A DNA stretch of 64,000 bases. Source: Oscillospiraceae bacterium (GTDB taxonomy: Bacteria > Bacillota > Clostridia > Oscillospirales > Oscillospiraceae). This document shows, in pieces, positions 38,545 through 49,192 of the stretch (position 1 is its first letter; each line of letters begins with the position of its first letter). The translations under genes were made by a program, and so were the position numbers. Where the stretch lies: the NCBI GenBank assembly GCA_902781745.1, contig CACZKM010000006.1:19192-83191 (forward strand). The letters are read 5' to 3'. Below the pieces are notes generated by a model. The model was not told the DNA's origin. It saw nothing but the letters and a program-made list of their open reading frames with translations, and searched no databases.

Positions 38545-39756
38545 ATGAAACGGATCGCCCTGGTCTGCGCCCTTTGCCTGGCGGCTCTGCTCCTTCCCCT
38601 CTCCGCCGGGGCGGCGGGGACCGTCACCGTCACCATCAACGGCACGCCGGTTGCCTATAACGACAGCTACGGCTATCCCTTTGTGGACGCCGCCGGCCGG
38701 ACCCAGGTGCCCTTCCGCCGGACCATGGAGACCTTCGGCTGTACCGTGTCCTGGAACGGATGGAAGGGGATCGCCACCGCCAAAAAAGACGGCGTCACCG
38801 TAGACGTACCCATCGGCCAGAAGTATATCCTGGTCAACGGGAACAAGGTGGCCATCGACACTGCCGCCCTGCTGAAAAACGACCGGACCTACCTGCCCAT
38901 CCGGGCGGTGGCCGAGGCCTTCGGGGCCATGGTCACCTGGGACGGCAGGACCCAGACCGTGGCCATCACCACAGGGTCAAGCCTGGTCCGGGTCCACTTC
39001 ATCGACGTAGGCCAGGGGGACGCCACCCTCATCGACTGCGGGACCACCGAGGTCCTCATCGACGGGGGCGACAACGCCGCGGGGTCCACGGTGGTCAGCT
39101 ACCTGAAGCCCTACGTGGACGGCAAGCTGGACTACCTCATCGCCACCCACCCCGACGCCGACCACATCGGGGGGCTGGATGACGTGCTGAGGGCCTACCA
39201 GGTGGGGACCATCATCGACAGCGGCTGCCCCGCCTCCACCAGGTCCTACCGGGACTATCTCACCGCCGCCCAAAACGAGGCCGGGGCCTCTATCTCCTAC
39301 AGCCGCTCGGTCCACTACGACCTGGGGCGAAACAGCGCCCTCTATCTCATCGACACCGGCAGCGACTGGGACAACGCCAACGACAACAGCGTGGTCTGTC
39401 AGCTCATCGCCGGGAACGTCCAGGTCCTCTTCACCGGGGACATGACCCAGGACGTGGAAAAGGCCAGGCTGGGGCTCTTCGGGGACATTGATGTCCTCAA
39501 GGTGGGCCACCACGGCTCGGCCTATTCTACCAGCGCCGGGTTTTTGCAGGTGGTCCAACCGGAATACGCCGTGATCTCCTACAAGGTGGGCAACGACTAC
39601 CACCACCCCGCCAAATCCGCCCTCCGGCGGCTGCTGGAGGCCGGAGCCACCATCTACGGCACCGGAAAGAGCGGCTCCGTGGTCCTCACCACCGACGGGA
39701 CGTCCTATACCTTCAACACCTCCAAGGCTTTGACTCTGGCGGATGCCGGGGCATAA
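38545..39756 (+). CDS. Secreted stalk-domain plus ComEC/Rec2-type metallo-beta-lactamase-fold hydrolase
   Basis: Signal peptide; RTYLPIRAVAE; IDVGQGDA, THPDADHIGG, FTGD, KVGHHGS. Confidence 0.9.
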   Translation: MKRIALVCALCLAALLLPLSAGAAGTVTVTINGTPVAYNDSYGYPFVDAAGRTQVPFRRTMETFGCTVSWNGWKGIATAKKDGVTVDVPIGQKYILVNGNKVAIDTAALLKNDRTYLPIRAVAEAFGAMVTWDGRTQTVAITTGSSLVRVHFIDVGQGDATLIDCGTTEVLIDGGDNAAGSTVVSYLKPYVDGKLDYLIATHPDADHIGGLDDVLRAYQVGTIIDSGCPASTRSYRDYLTAAQNEAGASISYSRSVHYDLGRNSALYLIDTGSDWDNANDNSVVCQLIAGNVQVLFTGDMTQDVEKARLGLFGDIDVLKVGHHGSAYSTSAGFLQVVQPEYAVISYKVGNDYHHPAKSALRRLLEAGATIYGTGKSGSVVLTTDGTSYTFNTSKALTLADAGA

Positions 39757-39837
39757 CAAGACAGAATAAAACGCGGCCGGCTGCTCCGAGGAGAGCGGTC
39801 GACCGCGTTCTGGTTTTCTGCTCGGTTTTTGAGGGGC

Positions 39838-41190
39838 TTACACCCGCATCAGCAGCATCGCCATACTGACGGCGATGACGATGACAGCCGCCGGGGCGGA
39901 GTACTTGCAGTACCGGCCCCAGGAGATGGAGTGGCCTGCCCGGGCGGCGATGGAGGTCCCCGCCACGTTGGCCGAGGCGCCGATGGGCGTGGCGCTGCCG
40001 CCGATGTCCGTACCCATGGACAGAGTCCAGGCCAGGGTATGGAGGTCCACCCCCATGGTGGCAGACAGAGAGGAAATCACCGGCACCATGGTGGCGGCGA
40101 AGGGGATGTTGTCCACGAAGGCCGAGGCGATGGCCGAGAGCCAGATGATGACAATGATCATCATGGCCATGCTGCCGCCGGTCAGGGCGCCCACGCCGTG
40201 GGCCATGGCCTCCAGCACCCCGGATTCCTCCAAGCCGCTGACCGCCAGGAACAGGCCGATGAAAAAGAGGACGGTCTGCCAGTCCACCCGCTTGATCAGG
40301 TGGGCAGGGGCCTTGTTGGTGGCCAGGGTGAGGATGGCCGCCAGGACGCCCACCGTGGCGATGGTCAGGCCGGTCTTGGCGTGGGTAATCAGGAGGACGA
40401 CGATCACGGCGAAGATGGCCACGGCGATGCTAAACTTTTTCCAGTCGCTCACCGCTCCTCTGGGATCCAGCTCCTCCTCGTCATAGATGATCGCCTCCCG
40501 GGAGACCAGCTCCTTCCGGAAGCAGAAGTAGAAGTACGGAACGATGATGATGAGCCCCACCAGGGCAATGATGCCGGTGTTCCGCAAAAAGTCCCCGAAG
40601 GTGTAGCCCAGGGCGGTGCCGATGATGATGTTGGGGGGATCGCCGCTCATGGTAGCGGAGCCCCCAAGGTTGGCGGTGAAGATCTCCGCGATGATCATGG
40701 GCACCGGGTCGAATTTCAACAGACGGCCCAGGTTGACGCTGGCCACCGCCAGGAAGAGGATGACGGTGATGCTGTCGATGAACATGGACAGCACCGCCGA
40801 GAGGATCATAAAACTCACCAGCAGGGGCACGGGCTTATAGTTGACCAGCTTGGCCAGCCGGAGGCAGAGCCAGTCGAAGAAGCCGGCCTCGCTCAGGCCC
40901 TCCACCATGATCATCATGCCGGCGATAAACAGGATGGTGCTCCAGTTGATGCCTGAGTTCATCTCGCTGTGGGGACCCTGGCCCACGTACCAGAAGGTGC
41001 GCTCGGCCATGCTGTCCAGGCTGAAGGCCGTCCACACCGCGCTGGGGCTGCGCATCACCGCCAGGAAGACCACCAGGATGGTGCACCCTCCTGCCACCAG
41101 GGTGACAAGGTACCGGGGAAACCGCTCCCGCACGATCTCGATAAACATGATGATAAAGATAATGACTGCCAGTATCTGGGCCAACAGCAT
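39838..41190 (-). CDS. ArsB/NhaD (CitMHS-like) anion permease
   Basis: ANLGGSATMSGDPPN, SAFVDNIP, GGSATPIGASAN. Confidence 0.9.
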   Translation of the reverse strand: MLLAQILAVIIFIIMFIEIVRERFPRYLVTLVAGGCTILVVFLAVMRSPSAVWTAFSLDSMAERTFWYVGQGPHSEMNSGINWSTILFIAGMMIMVEGLSEAGFFDWLCLRLAKLVNYKPVPLLVSFMILSAVLSMFIDSITVILFLAVASVNLGRLLKFDPVPMIIAEIFTANLGGSATMSGDPPNIIIGTALGYTFGDFLRNTGIIALVGLIIIVPYFYFCFRKELVSREAIIYDEEELDPRGAVSDWKKFSIAVAIFAVIVVLLITHAKTGLTIATVGVLAAILTLATNKAPAHLIKRVDWQTVLFFIGLFLAVSGLEESGVLEAMAHGVGALTGGSMAMMIIVIIWLSAIASAFVDNIPFAATMVPVISSLSATMGVDLHTLAWTLSMGTDIGGSATPIGASANVAGTSIAARAGHSISWGRYCKYSAPAAVIVIAVSMAMLLMRV

Positions 41191-41610
41191 GGCCGACCCC
41201 CTCCTTTTCCGGGCAGCGACGCCCTGATGTCTCTTTGTTCCGGCGGGACCTTCCCCCCGCCCTATGTATCACTGTATCTCCGGCCAGGCCGGACTATGCC
41301 CCTCTCTTCCCCGCTTTGACGGGATCATTCCCCACTTTTTTGTTTTTTGCCGTTTATTTCCATTTTTCCGGGGTCAGCAAAAGGGAGCAGGGCTCAATCG
41401 GGTCCCACTCCCCACAAAAGTCCTCACATGGGGATATTTACAATTTGTTTCTGTGAATAGTATACCATGAGATCCCCCTTTCGTAAAGGGATTTTTTCTA
41501 ATTCCCACCAGAAAAGCCCGTGAAAATTCCGGGAAACTGTGGTATAATCTTTCCTTGTATTATGGGGTATCACATCATCCGCCCCGCTGCCTGCAAAGGA
41601 GGGCCCTGCC

Positions 41611-42198
41611 ATGTCCGCCAAAGAGGAATTCATTGAGATCTTCCGGGAGAACATCCACCGGGAGGGCGCCGAGGCCCTGCTGGACTTTCTGGAGAACAAG
41701 AGCGACTTTTTCACCGCCCCCGCCTCCGCCCGGTATCACGGGGCCTACGCCGGGGGCCTGTGCGAGCACAGCCTGAACGTCTACCACTGCCTGGCGGACT
41801 ACCTGGCCCGGGAGCGGGTCACGGACCTCTACGGCCTGGAGTACTCCCCGGAGTCCATCGCCCTGGTGGCCCTCCTCCACGACGTATGCAAGATCGGCTG
41901 CTACAAGCCCTCCACCCGAAACGTGAAGGGCCCCGACGGCAAGTGGCAGCAGGTGCCCTCCTTCACCTATGAGGACCCCCTCCCCTACGGCCACGGGGAG
42001 AAGTCGGTCTATGTGGTCAACGGCTATCTCCGCCTGACCCGGGAGGAGGCCATGGCCATCCGGTGGCACATGGGCTTCTCGGGCACCGAGGACAACCGGC
42101 TGGTGGGCCGGGCCTTCGTGAAATACCCCCTCGCCTTCGCCCTGTCTGTGGCCGACATGGAGGCGACCTATTTTCTGGAAGAGGAGAGCGTGTTTTAA
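41611..42198 (+). CDS. HD-domain phosphohydrolase
   Basis: FFTAPAS..YH...GGLCEHSLNV, LLHD, GHGEKS, AIRWHMG. Confidence 0.88.
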   Translation: MSAKEEFIEIFRENIHREGAEALLDFLENKSDFFTAPASARYHGAYAGGLCEHSLNVYHCLADYLARERVTDLYGLEYSPESIALVALLHDVCKIGCYKPSTRNVKGPDGKWQQVPSFTYEDPLPYGHGEKSVYVVNGYLRLTREEAMAIRWHMGFSGTEDNRLVGRAFVKYPLAFALSVADMEATYFLEEESVF

Positions 42199-42269
42199 CC
42201 CGCTGTGCAGGTCCCGGCCAATCAGGATATGTTGGACGCTGTACGTTGGAGGATTCTATCAGCGCAAAG

Positions 42270-42313
42270 CCTTCCCCCTGGGGGAAGGCGCCCCGAAGGG
42301 TCGGATGAGGGGA
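42270..42313. repeat. Single REP-like palindromic unit
   Basis: CCTTCCCCCTGGGGGAAGG hairpin + CCCCGAAGGGTCGGATGAGGG; same two-hairpin layout as the units at 33.0-33.2 and 57.9-58.1 kb. Confidence 0.6.
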
Positions 42314-42426
42314 CGCCGCCGCTGATTTCAGCCAACGCCCGTTAGGATTCTGGGTTTTCCCCTGTATCGCTCTCCACAGCATAAGGTCCCAATGCGGGAC
42401 TTACGGAAAGGAACCATCAACACACT

Positions 42427-44238
42427 ATGACGACATTTGACAAACTGGGGATCTCCAAGCCCATCCTCACGGCCCTGACGGCCTGCGGCTACGAGACGCC
42501 CACCCTTATCCAGGAAAAAGCCATCCCGGCGGGCCTGGCCGGACGGGATGTGCTGGGCAGCGCCCAGACGGGAACAGGGAAGACCTGCGCCTTCGGCGTG
42601 CCCATCCTGCAGCGGCTGAACAAAGCCGGACACAAGAAAGACGCCATCCGGGCCCTCATCCTCACCCCCACCCGGGAGCTGGCCATCCAGATCGACGAGA
42701 ATCTGAAGGCGTATGGCAAAAACCTCCCCCTGAAGGAGGCCGTCATCTTCGGCGGCGTGGGCCAGGGGCCCCAGGTGGACCAGATCAAGAAGGGGATCGA
42801 CATCCTCACCGCCACCCCCGGCCGGCTGCTGGACCTCTGCGGCCAGGGCCTGCTGGACCTGGCGGGTATCGAGATCTTCGTGCTGGACGAAGCCGACCGG
42901 ATGCTGGACATGGGCTTCATCCACGACGTGCGGAAGGTCATCAAGCTCCTGCCGGAGAAGAAGCAGACCATGTTCTTCTCCGCCACCCTCCCCCCGGAGA
43001 TCATGGACCTGGTGGACTCCCTCCTCCACGACCCCGCCAAGGTGGCGGCGGCCCCCATCTCCTCCCCGGTGGAGATCATCCGCCAGGAGGTCTGTCTGGT
43101 GGACCGGGGGAACAAGACCGCCCTGCTGGTGCAGATCATGGAGGAGGAGAACGTAGGCAGCGCCCTGGTCTTCACCCGCACCAAGCACGGGGCGGACAAG
43201 GTGGCAAGGGACCTCAACCGCAAGGGGGTCTCCGCGGCGGCCATCCACGGCAACAAGAGCCAGACCGCCCGGCAGGAGAGCCTGCGGAAGTTCAAGGCCG
43301 GAGAGATCCGGGCCCTGGTGGCCACGGACATCGCCGCCCGGGGCCTGGACATCGAGGACCTGTCCCACGTCTTCAACTACAACCTCTCTGAGGTCCCCGA
43401 GACCTACATCCACCGCATCGGCCGGACGGGCCGGGCGGGCAAGGGGGGCACCGCCATCTCCTTCTGCGACTATGGCGAGCTGCCCATGCTCAAGGACATT
43501 GAGAAGCTGCTGAAAAAGCCCATCCCCCGGCGGGAGCACGACTTCCCCATGGAGGTCTTTGAGGCCCCCAAGAAGGACAAGAACGGCAAGGTCATCAACG
43601 CCGACGACGCCGAGGCCCGCCAGGCCGCCCGGGAGCGCAGCGCGGAGCGGAAGCGCCAGGCGGCGGAAAAGAAGGCCAAGGCGGAGCCGGCGAAGAAGCC
43701 CATCCCCGTGGCCCCCGCGCCTCCCATCCAGAAGAAGGAAAAGACCCGCCGGCCTATGCCCCACGGCAAGCAGGACCGGGAGGACCTGGACGTCTTCCTG
43801 GCCAGCCAGCCCAAGGAGGCCGCTCCCGTGACCTTCATTCACCGAGACCCCCTGGAGGGGGACGTCATCATGGATGCCACCGCCCGGCTCCTGTCGGCAA
43901 AGCCCCTCTACCGCTACGCCAAGCCCCCTGCCCAGCGGCGGCAGGAGGAGAAGCAGGAGGGGCAGGCCCAGAGCAAGGGCAAAAAGCGGAACCGGAAAAA
44001 GGGCAAGGAGGTCCAGCCCGCCCCCGTGGAGACCAAGGCCGCCCGGAAGGTCAAGGAGAAGGAGCAGCGGAAGCCCGCCAAGCACGCCGCGCCCGCCCCC
44101 AAATCCAAGGCCAAGGCGGAGAAGCCCGGCCGGGGCCGGGGCCGCATCCCTCCCAAGATGGACCTGCCCAAAAGCCGGGTGAAGGACTCCACCGAGCAGC
44201 AGAGCCTGATGAAGCCCTTTTACCTCAGTGACGAGTAA
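42427..44238 (+). CDS. DEAD-box RNA helicase (RhlE-like) with long basic C-terminal tail
   Basis: Q motif, AQTGTGKT, PTRELA, TPGRL, DEAD, SAT, ARGLD, HRIGRTGR. Confidence 0.95.
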   Translation: MTTFDKLGISKPILTALTACGYETPTLIQEKAIPAGLAGRDVLGSAQTGTGKTCAFGVPILQRLNKAGHKKDAIRALILTPTRELAIQIDENLKAYGKNLPLKEAVIFGGVGQGPQVDQIKKGIDILTATPGRLLDLCGQGLLDLAGIEIFVLDEADRMLDMGFIHDVRKVIKLLPEKKQTMFFSATLPPEIMDLVDSLLHDPAKVAAAPISSPVEIIRQEVCLVDRGNKTALLVQIMEEENVGSALVFTRTKHGADKVARDLNRKGVSAAAIHGNKSQTARQESLRKFKAGEIRALVATDIAARGLDIEDLSHVFNYNLSEVPETYIHRIGRTGRAGKGGTAISFCDYGELPMLKDIEKLLKKPIPRREHDFPMEVFEAPKKDKNGKVINADDAEARQAARERSAERKRQAAEKKAKAEPAKKPIPVAPAPPIQKKEKTRRPMPHGKQDREDLDVFLASQPKEAAPVTFIHRDPLEGDVIMDATARLLSAKPLYRYAKPPAQRRQEEKQEGQAQSKGKKRNRKKGKEVQPAPVETKAARKVKEKEQRKPAKHAAPAPKSKAKAEKPGRGRGRIPPKMDLPKSRVKDSTEQQSLMKPFYLSDE

Positions 44239-44244
44239 GGCCCT

Positions 44245-45078
44245 ATGGCACCCATGAAGCGCCGACACCCCCTCCGGCGATTTTTCCTGGGGGTGCTCAT
44301 CCTGGCGGCCCTGGCAGGGTGGTTCTGGTGGCAGCAGAACGGGCTGGTCACCGAGACCTATACCATCCCCGGAGCCCCGGCGGCCTTCCAGGGCTACCGG
44401 ATCGCCGTGCTCTCCGACCTCCACGGCAAGCAGTTCGGGGAGGACAACCAGCGGCTCATCGACTACGTGGCGGGGCTGGACCCTGACTGCATCGCCCTCA
44501 CCGGGGACTTTATCGACCGGGAGGCCCAGAAGGCCCATCTCCCCGCCCTGATCCGAGGCCTGTCCGCCGTCGCCCCCACCTATTACGTCACCGGCAACCA
44601 TGAGTGGGCGGTGGGGGGTGTGCCCGAGCTGAAGGCCATGCTGGCGGACAGCGGAGCCACGGTCCTCTCTGACGAGTATGTCATAGAGACCCGGGACGGG
44701 GCCACCCTGGCCATCGCCGGGGTGGACGACCCCAACGGCTACGCCGACCAGAAGACCGGGGACGTCCTCCGGCAGGAGATTGACGCCGACTTCGTCCTCC
44801 TGCTGGCTCACCGGGACACCGTGGAGAAGTACGACGGCTGGGGCTACGACCTCATCCTCTCCGGCCACGGCCACGGGGGGATGTTCCGCATCCCCTTCCT
44901 GGACAAGGGGCTCATCAGCTCCAAGCACACCCTCTTCCCCGAATACGACGGCGGGTGCTATCCCCTGTCCGACGGGGGGTACTGCCTGGTCTCCCGGGGG
45001 CTGGGGAGCAACACCGTGCCCTTTCATATGTTCCGGCTGTTCAACCGGCCGGACGTACCTCTGGCGATTCTGGAGTGA
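44245..45078 (+). CDS. Membrane-anchored metallophosphoesterase (YkuE-like)
   Basis: SDLH, TGD, GNHE, LAH, SGHGHGG, SRGLG. Confidence 0.9.
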   Translation: MAPMKRRHPLRRFFLGVLILAALAGWFWWQQNGLVTETYTIPGAPAAFQGYRIAVLSDLHGKQFGEDNQRLIDYVAGLDPDCIALTGDFIDREAQKAHLPALIRGLSAVAPTYYVTGNHEWAVGGVPELKAMLADSGATVLSDEYVIETRDGATLAIAGVDDPNGYADQKTGDVLRQEIDADFVLLLAHRDTVEKYDGWGYDLILSGHGHGGMFRIPFLDKGLISSKHTLFPEYDGGCYPLSDGGYCLVSRGLGSNTVPFHMFRLFNRPDVPLAILE

Positions 45079-45160
45079 ACCGGACCGTCTTTATTTCAAC
45101 CTAACTAGGCCTTGTTTGAAAAACAGGCCCTAATTCCCAAGCAAGAGAGAAGCAACGCCC

Positions 45161-45877
45161 ATGAATAAACGACAATTCCTCCGCGGCCTCCGGGTGGGCA
45201 TCCCCATCTCCCTGGGGTATCTGGCCGTGTCCTTCGCCCTGGGCATCACCGCCCGGGAGGACGGCCTCACCGCCCTCCAGGCCACCCTCACCAGCCTCCT
45301 GGTCAACGCCTCGGCGGGGCAGTACGCCGCCTTCACCGTCATGGCCGCCCAGGGAGGCTATCTGGAGATCGCCATCGTGGAGGCGGTGACCAACGCCCGG
45401 TACATCCTCATGTCCGCCGCCCTGAGCCAGAAGCTCCCCGCCACCGCCAGGCTGTGGCACCGGCTGGTCATCGGCTTCAACGTCAACGACGAGATCTTCG
45501 GCATGGCCATCGCCGAGGAGGACAAGCTCAACCCCTTCTACTACTTCGGCATGATGGTGGTGGCCATGCCCGGCTGGGCCACGGGGACCTTCCTGGGGTG
45601 CTCCGTGGGGAACATCCTGCCGGAGCGGCTGGTCAGCGCCCTGAGCGTGGCCCTGTACGGGATGTTCCTGGCGGTGATCATCCCCGCCGCCAAGAAGAAC
45701 AAGGTCATCCTGGGGGTGGTCCTGGCCTCCATGGCGGTGAGCCTGGGGCTGTCTGTGTGGCCCCTCTTCGCCGGGATCTCCTCCGGCACCCGCATCATCA
45801 TCATCACCGTGGTCCTCTCCGCCATCGCGGCGGTGCTCTTCCCGGTGAGAGAGGAGGCCGACGGCCATGGAGCATAA
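45161..45877 (+). CDS. azlC: AzlC family branched-chain amino-acid exporter
   Basis: PISLGYLAVSFALG, ASAGQ, NARY, DEIF. Confidence 0.88.
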   Translation: MNKRQFLRGLRVGIPISLGYLAVSFALGITAREDGLTALQATLTSLLVNASAGQYAAFTVMAAQGGYLEIAIVEAVTNARYILMSAALSQKLPATARLWHRLVIGFNVNDEIFGMAIAEEDKLNPFYYFGMMVVAMPGWATGTFLGCSVGNILPERLVSALSVALYGMFLAVIIPAAKKNKVILGVVLASMAVSLGLSVWPLFAGISSGTRIIIITVVLSAIAAVLFPVREEADGHGA

Positions 45878-46190
45878 CGTATACATCTACATCGCCATCG
45901 TGGCCCTGACCACCTACCTGGTCCGAGTCCTCCCCCTGACCCTCATCCGGAAGGAGATCAGGAACCGCTTTATCCGCTCCTTCCTCTTCTACGTCCCCTA
46001 TGTCACCCTGGCGGCCATGACCTTCCCCGCCATCGTCAACGCCACCCACAGCGTGTGGTCCGGCGTGGCGGCCCTGGCGGTGGGGGTGCTGGTGGCCTGG
46101 ATCAGCGGCAACCTCTTCCTGGTGGCCTCCTCGGCCTGCGCCGTGGTCTTCCTGGTGGAGCTGCTGGCGGTGCGAGGGCCCATGCTATGA
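45867..46190 (+). CDS. azlD: AzlD domain protein
   Basis: [15 protein letters not shown]; overlaps azlC. Confidence 0.85.
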   Translation: MEHNVYIYIAIVALTTYLVRVLPLTLIRKEIRNRFIRSFLFYVPYVTLAAMTFPAIVNATHSVWSGVAALAVGVLVAWISGNLFLVASSACAVVFLVELLAVRGPML

Positions 46191-48094
46191 ACGAAAGAAC
46201 CATCCCCGTCCCCGCCTATGAGGCGGGGACCTATGATATCGCCGTCATCGGCGCGGGCCACGCGGGCATCGAGGCCGCCCTGGCCGCCGCCCGGCTGGGC
46301 CTGCGGACCTTGTGCTTTACCATCAACCTGGACGCCGTGGGCAATATGCCCTGCAACCCCGCCATCGGGGGCACCGGCAAGGGCCACCTGGTCCGGGAGC
46401 TGGACGCCCTGGGGGGCGAGATGGGCCGGGCCGCGGACAAGGCCTGCATCCAGTACCGCATCCTCAACCGGGGGAAGGGTCCCGCGGTCCACTCCCTCCG
46501 GGCCCAGGCGGACCGGCGGGAGTACCAGAAGATCATGAAGCACACCCTGGAGAAGGAGCCCAACCTCTGGGTGAAGCAGGCGGAGGTCACCGACCTGCTT
46601 ACCGAGGACGGGGCCGTCACCGGAGTGCAGACCGCCACCGGGGCGATCTACCGGGCGAAGGCGGCGGTGGTCTGCTCCGGTACCTACCTGGGGGGCAAGA
46701 CCATCGTGGGAGAGGTCACCCGGGACAGCGGGCCCGACGGGATGTTCGGAGCCAACGCCCTGACCCGAAGCCTGCTGGCCGCCGGCCTCACCCTCCGTCG
46801 GTTCAAGACGGGCACTCCCCCAAGGGTCAACGCCCGGTCCGTCGACTTCTCGATATTGGAGCGCCAGGACGGGGACGAGGACGCCATCCCCTTCTCCTTC
46901 GAGAGCCGGGCCCCGGCCCCCAACCGGGTGTGCTGCTACATCACCTACACCAACGAGGCCACCCATGCCGTCATCCGGGCCAACCTCCATCGCTCTCCCC
47001 TGTTTTCCGGGGTCATCGAGGGGGTGGGGCCCCGGTACTGCCCCTCCATCGAGGACAAGGTGGTCCGCTTTGCCGATAAGCCCCGGCACCAGCTTTTCCT
47101 GGAGCCCATGGGGCTGGACACCGAGGAAATTTACGTCCAGGGCTTCTCCTCCTCCCTGCCGGAGGACGTGCAGATCGAAATGCTCCACACCCTCCCCGGC
47201 CTGGAGCACGCCGAGATGACCCGCCCGGCCTACGCCATCGAGTATGACTGCGTGGACCCCACGGAGCTGCTGCCCACCCTGGAGCACAAGAAGATCCGGG
47301 GACTCTACGGGGCGGGGCAGTTCAACGGCTCCTCGGGGTATGAGGAGGCCGCCGTCCAGGGCTTCGTGGCGGGAGTCAACGCCGCCCGGAAGCTTCTGGG
47401 CAAGCCCCCCTTCCTCCTGGACCGGAGCCAGGGATACATCGGGGTCCTCATCGACGACCTGGTGACCAAGGGGACCAACGAGCCCTACCGGATGATGACC
47501 TCAAGGACGGAATACCGCCTCCTCCACCGCCAGGACAACGCCGACCGGCGGCTGACCCCCATCGGCTACGAGCTGGGGCTGGTGAGCAAGGAGCGGTACG
47601 AGGCAGTCCTTGCCAAATATCAAGCGGTGGAGCGGGAGATCAAACGCCTGGACCACTGCGGCGCGCCGGCCTCGGAGGCCCTGAACGCCCTGCTGGCCGA
47701 GAAGGGGGAGCCCCCGGTGAAGAACAGCGTCCGTCTCTCCGATCTCCTCCGCCGCCCCAGGCTGACCTACGACGATCTGGCCTCCGTGGACCCGGAGCGG
47801 CCCGAGCTGCCCAAGGCCGTCACGGAACAGGTGGAAATTTCCATCAAATATGAGGGCTACATCGCCCGTCAGGAGCGCCAGGTGGCGGAAATGCGCCGGC
47901 TGGAGGGGAAGGCCCTCCCGGCGGAGATGGACTATCTGTCCATGAACGGCCTGCGGCTGGAGGCCCGGCAGAAGCTGGACGCCATCCGGCCCCTGAACCT
48001 GGGCCAGGCCAGCCGGATCTCCGGGGTGTCCCCGGCGGATGTGGCCGCCCTGATGATCGCGCTGCAAAGCCGGGAGGAGGTTGGATGGAAATGA
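46187..48094 (+). CDS. mnmG: tRNA U34 carboxymethylaminomethyl modification enzyme MnmG/GidA
   Basis: [60 protein letters not shown]; ATGA overlap with azlD. Confidence 0.97.
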   Translation: MNERTIPVPAYEAGTYDIAVIGAGHAGIEAALAAARLGLRTLCFTINLDAVGNMPCNPAIGGTGKGHLVRELDALGGEMGRAADKACIQYRILNRGKGPAVHSLRAQADRREYQKIMKHTLEKEPNLWVKQAEVTDLLTEDGAVTGVQTATGAIYRAKAAVVCSGTYLGGKTIVGEVTRDSGPDGMFGANALTRSLLAAGLTLRRFKTGTPPRVNARSVDFSILERQDGDEDAIPFSFESRAPAPNRVCCYITYTNEATHAVIRANLHRSPLFSGVIEGVGPRYCPSIEDKVVRFADKPRHQLFLEPMGLDTEEIYVQGFSSSLPEDVQIEMLHTLPGLEHAEMTRPAYAIEYDCVDPTELLPTLEHKKIRGLYGAGQFNGSSGYEEAAVQGFVAGVNAARKLLGKPPFLLDRSQGYIGVLIDDLVTKGTNEPYRMMTSRTEYRLLHRQDNADRRLTPIGYELGLVSKERYEAVLAKYQAVEREIKRLDHCGAPASEALNALLAEKGEPPVKNSVRLSDLLRRPRLTYDDLASVDPERPELPKAVTEQVEISIKYEGYIARQERQVAEMRRLEGKALPAEMDYLSMNGLRLEARQKLDAIRPLNLGQASRISGVSPADVAALMIALQSREEVGWK

Positions 48095-49188
48095 AAAAAG
48101 TAGTGGTCGGGATGTCCGGCGGCGTTGACAGCGCCGTGGCCGCCTATCTCCTCAAGGAAGCCGGCTATGACGTCATTGGGGTCACCCTGCGGACCTGGGA
48201 AAGCGACGACGGCCAGGAGAGCCGCTGCTGCGAGATCGACGACGCGAGGCAGACCGCAAGGCGGATCGGGATCCCTTACCATGCGTTCAACTGCACCCTT
48301 GATTTTGAGCGGGAGGTGACCCGGCCTTTTATTGACGACTATTTACACGGGCTGACGCCCAATCCGTGCGTCATCTGCAACCGGAAGATCAAATGGGAGC
48401 GATTGCTCTACTATGCCGGGCTCCTGGAGGCAGACTATGTCGCGACAGGGCATTACGCATCCGTTGAAAAGCTTGCAAACGGAAGATATACGGTCCGCAA
48501 CGCCCGGCACGCGGAGAAGGACCAGACCTATATGCTCTATCGGCTGTCTCAGGAGCAGCTTGCGAAAACCCTCATGCCCCTGGGCGGCTATACAAAGGAT
48601 ACCGTCCGGGAGATCGCGGCGAAGGCGGGCCTGCCCATCGCGGCCAAGCCGGACTCCCAGGAGATCTGCTTCGTCCCGGACGGAGATTACGCCGGCTATA
48701 TCCGGGAAAACGCCGAGGGCGGCGTTCCGGGCGAAGGAACCATTGTGGATGAAGCCGGAACCGTTCTGGGGACCCACAAAGGGATCATCCACTACACCGT
48801 CGGCCAGCGCAAAGGGCTCGGGCTCTCGGTGGGCCATCCTGTCTATGTGAAACGGATCTGCGCGGAGACCAACGAGGTCGTGGTCGGATCGAAGCAGGAG
48901 ATCCTGTGCAAGGCGCTCCTGTGCAGAGACCTCAACTATATGAGCATCCCCGGCCTGGAAACGGGAGACGCGCTTCGCTGCAAAGTCAGCACCCGGTACC
49001 GCCACCCGGGGCAGGACGCTGTGCTGGAAGGGGCTTCGGACGGCCTCGTCCGTGTGACCTTTGACACGCCGGTCCAATTTGCCGCCCCGGGTCAATCCGC
49101 CGTTTTCTACGATGAAAACGCCTGTGTGATCGGCGGCGGCATCATATCCGAGGTGTATTACAGCGCGGCGGAAACCACAGGGGGCTGA
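48091..49188 (+). CDS. mnmA: tRNA-specific 2-thiouridylase MnmA (CXXC type)
   Basis: [52 protein letters not shown]; ATGA overlap with mnmG stop. Confidence 0.96.
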   Translation: MKKVVVGMSGGVDSAVAAYLLKEAGYDVIGVTLRTWESDDGQESRCCEIDDARQTARRIGIPYHAFNCTLDFEREVTRPFIDDYLHGLTPNPCVICNRKIKWERLLYYAGLLEADYVATGHYASVEKLANGRYTVRNARHAEKDQTYMLYRLSQEQLAKTLMPLGGYTKDTVREIAAKAGLPIAAKPDSQEICFVPDGDYAGYIRENAEGGVPGEGTIVDEAGTVLGTHKGIIHYTVGQRKGLGLSVGHPVYVKRICAETNEVVVGSKQEILCKALLCRDLNYMSIPGLETGDALRCKVSTRYRHPGQDAVLEGASDGLVRVTFDTPVQFAAPGQSAVFYDENACVIGGGIISEVYYSAAETTGG

Positions 49189-49192
49189 GACC

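Noticed and set aside
41611-42198. HD hydrolase as a Cas3-HD or prophage marker
   Set aside because: The adjacent helicase is a standard DEAD-box RNA helicase and there is no cas or phage context
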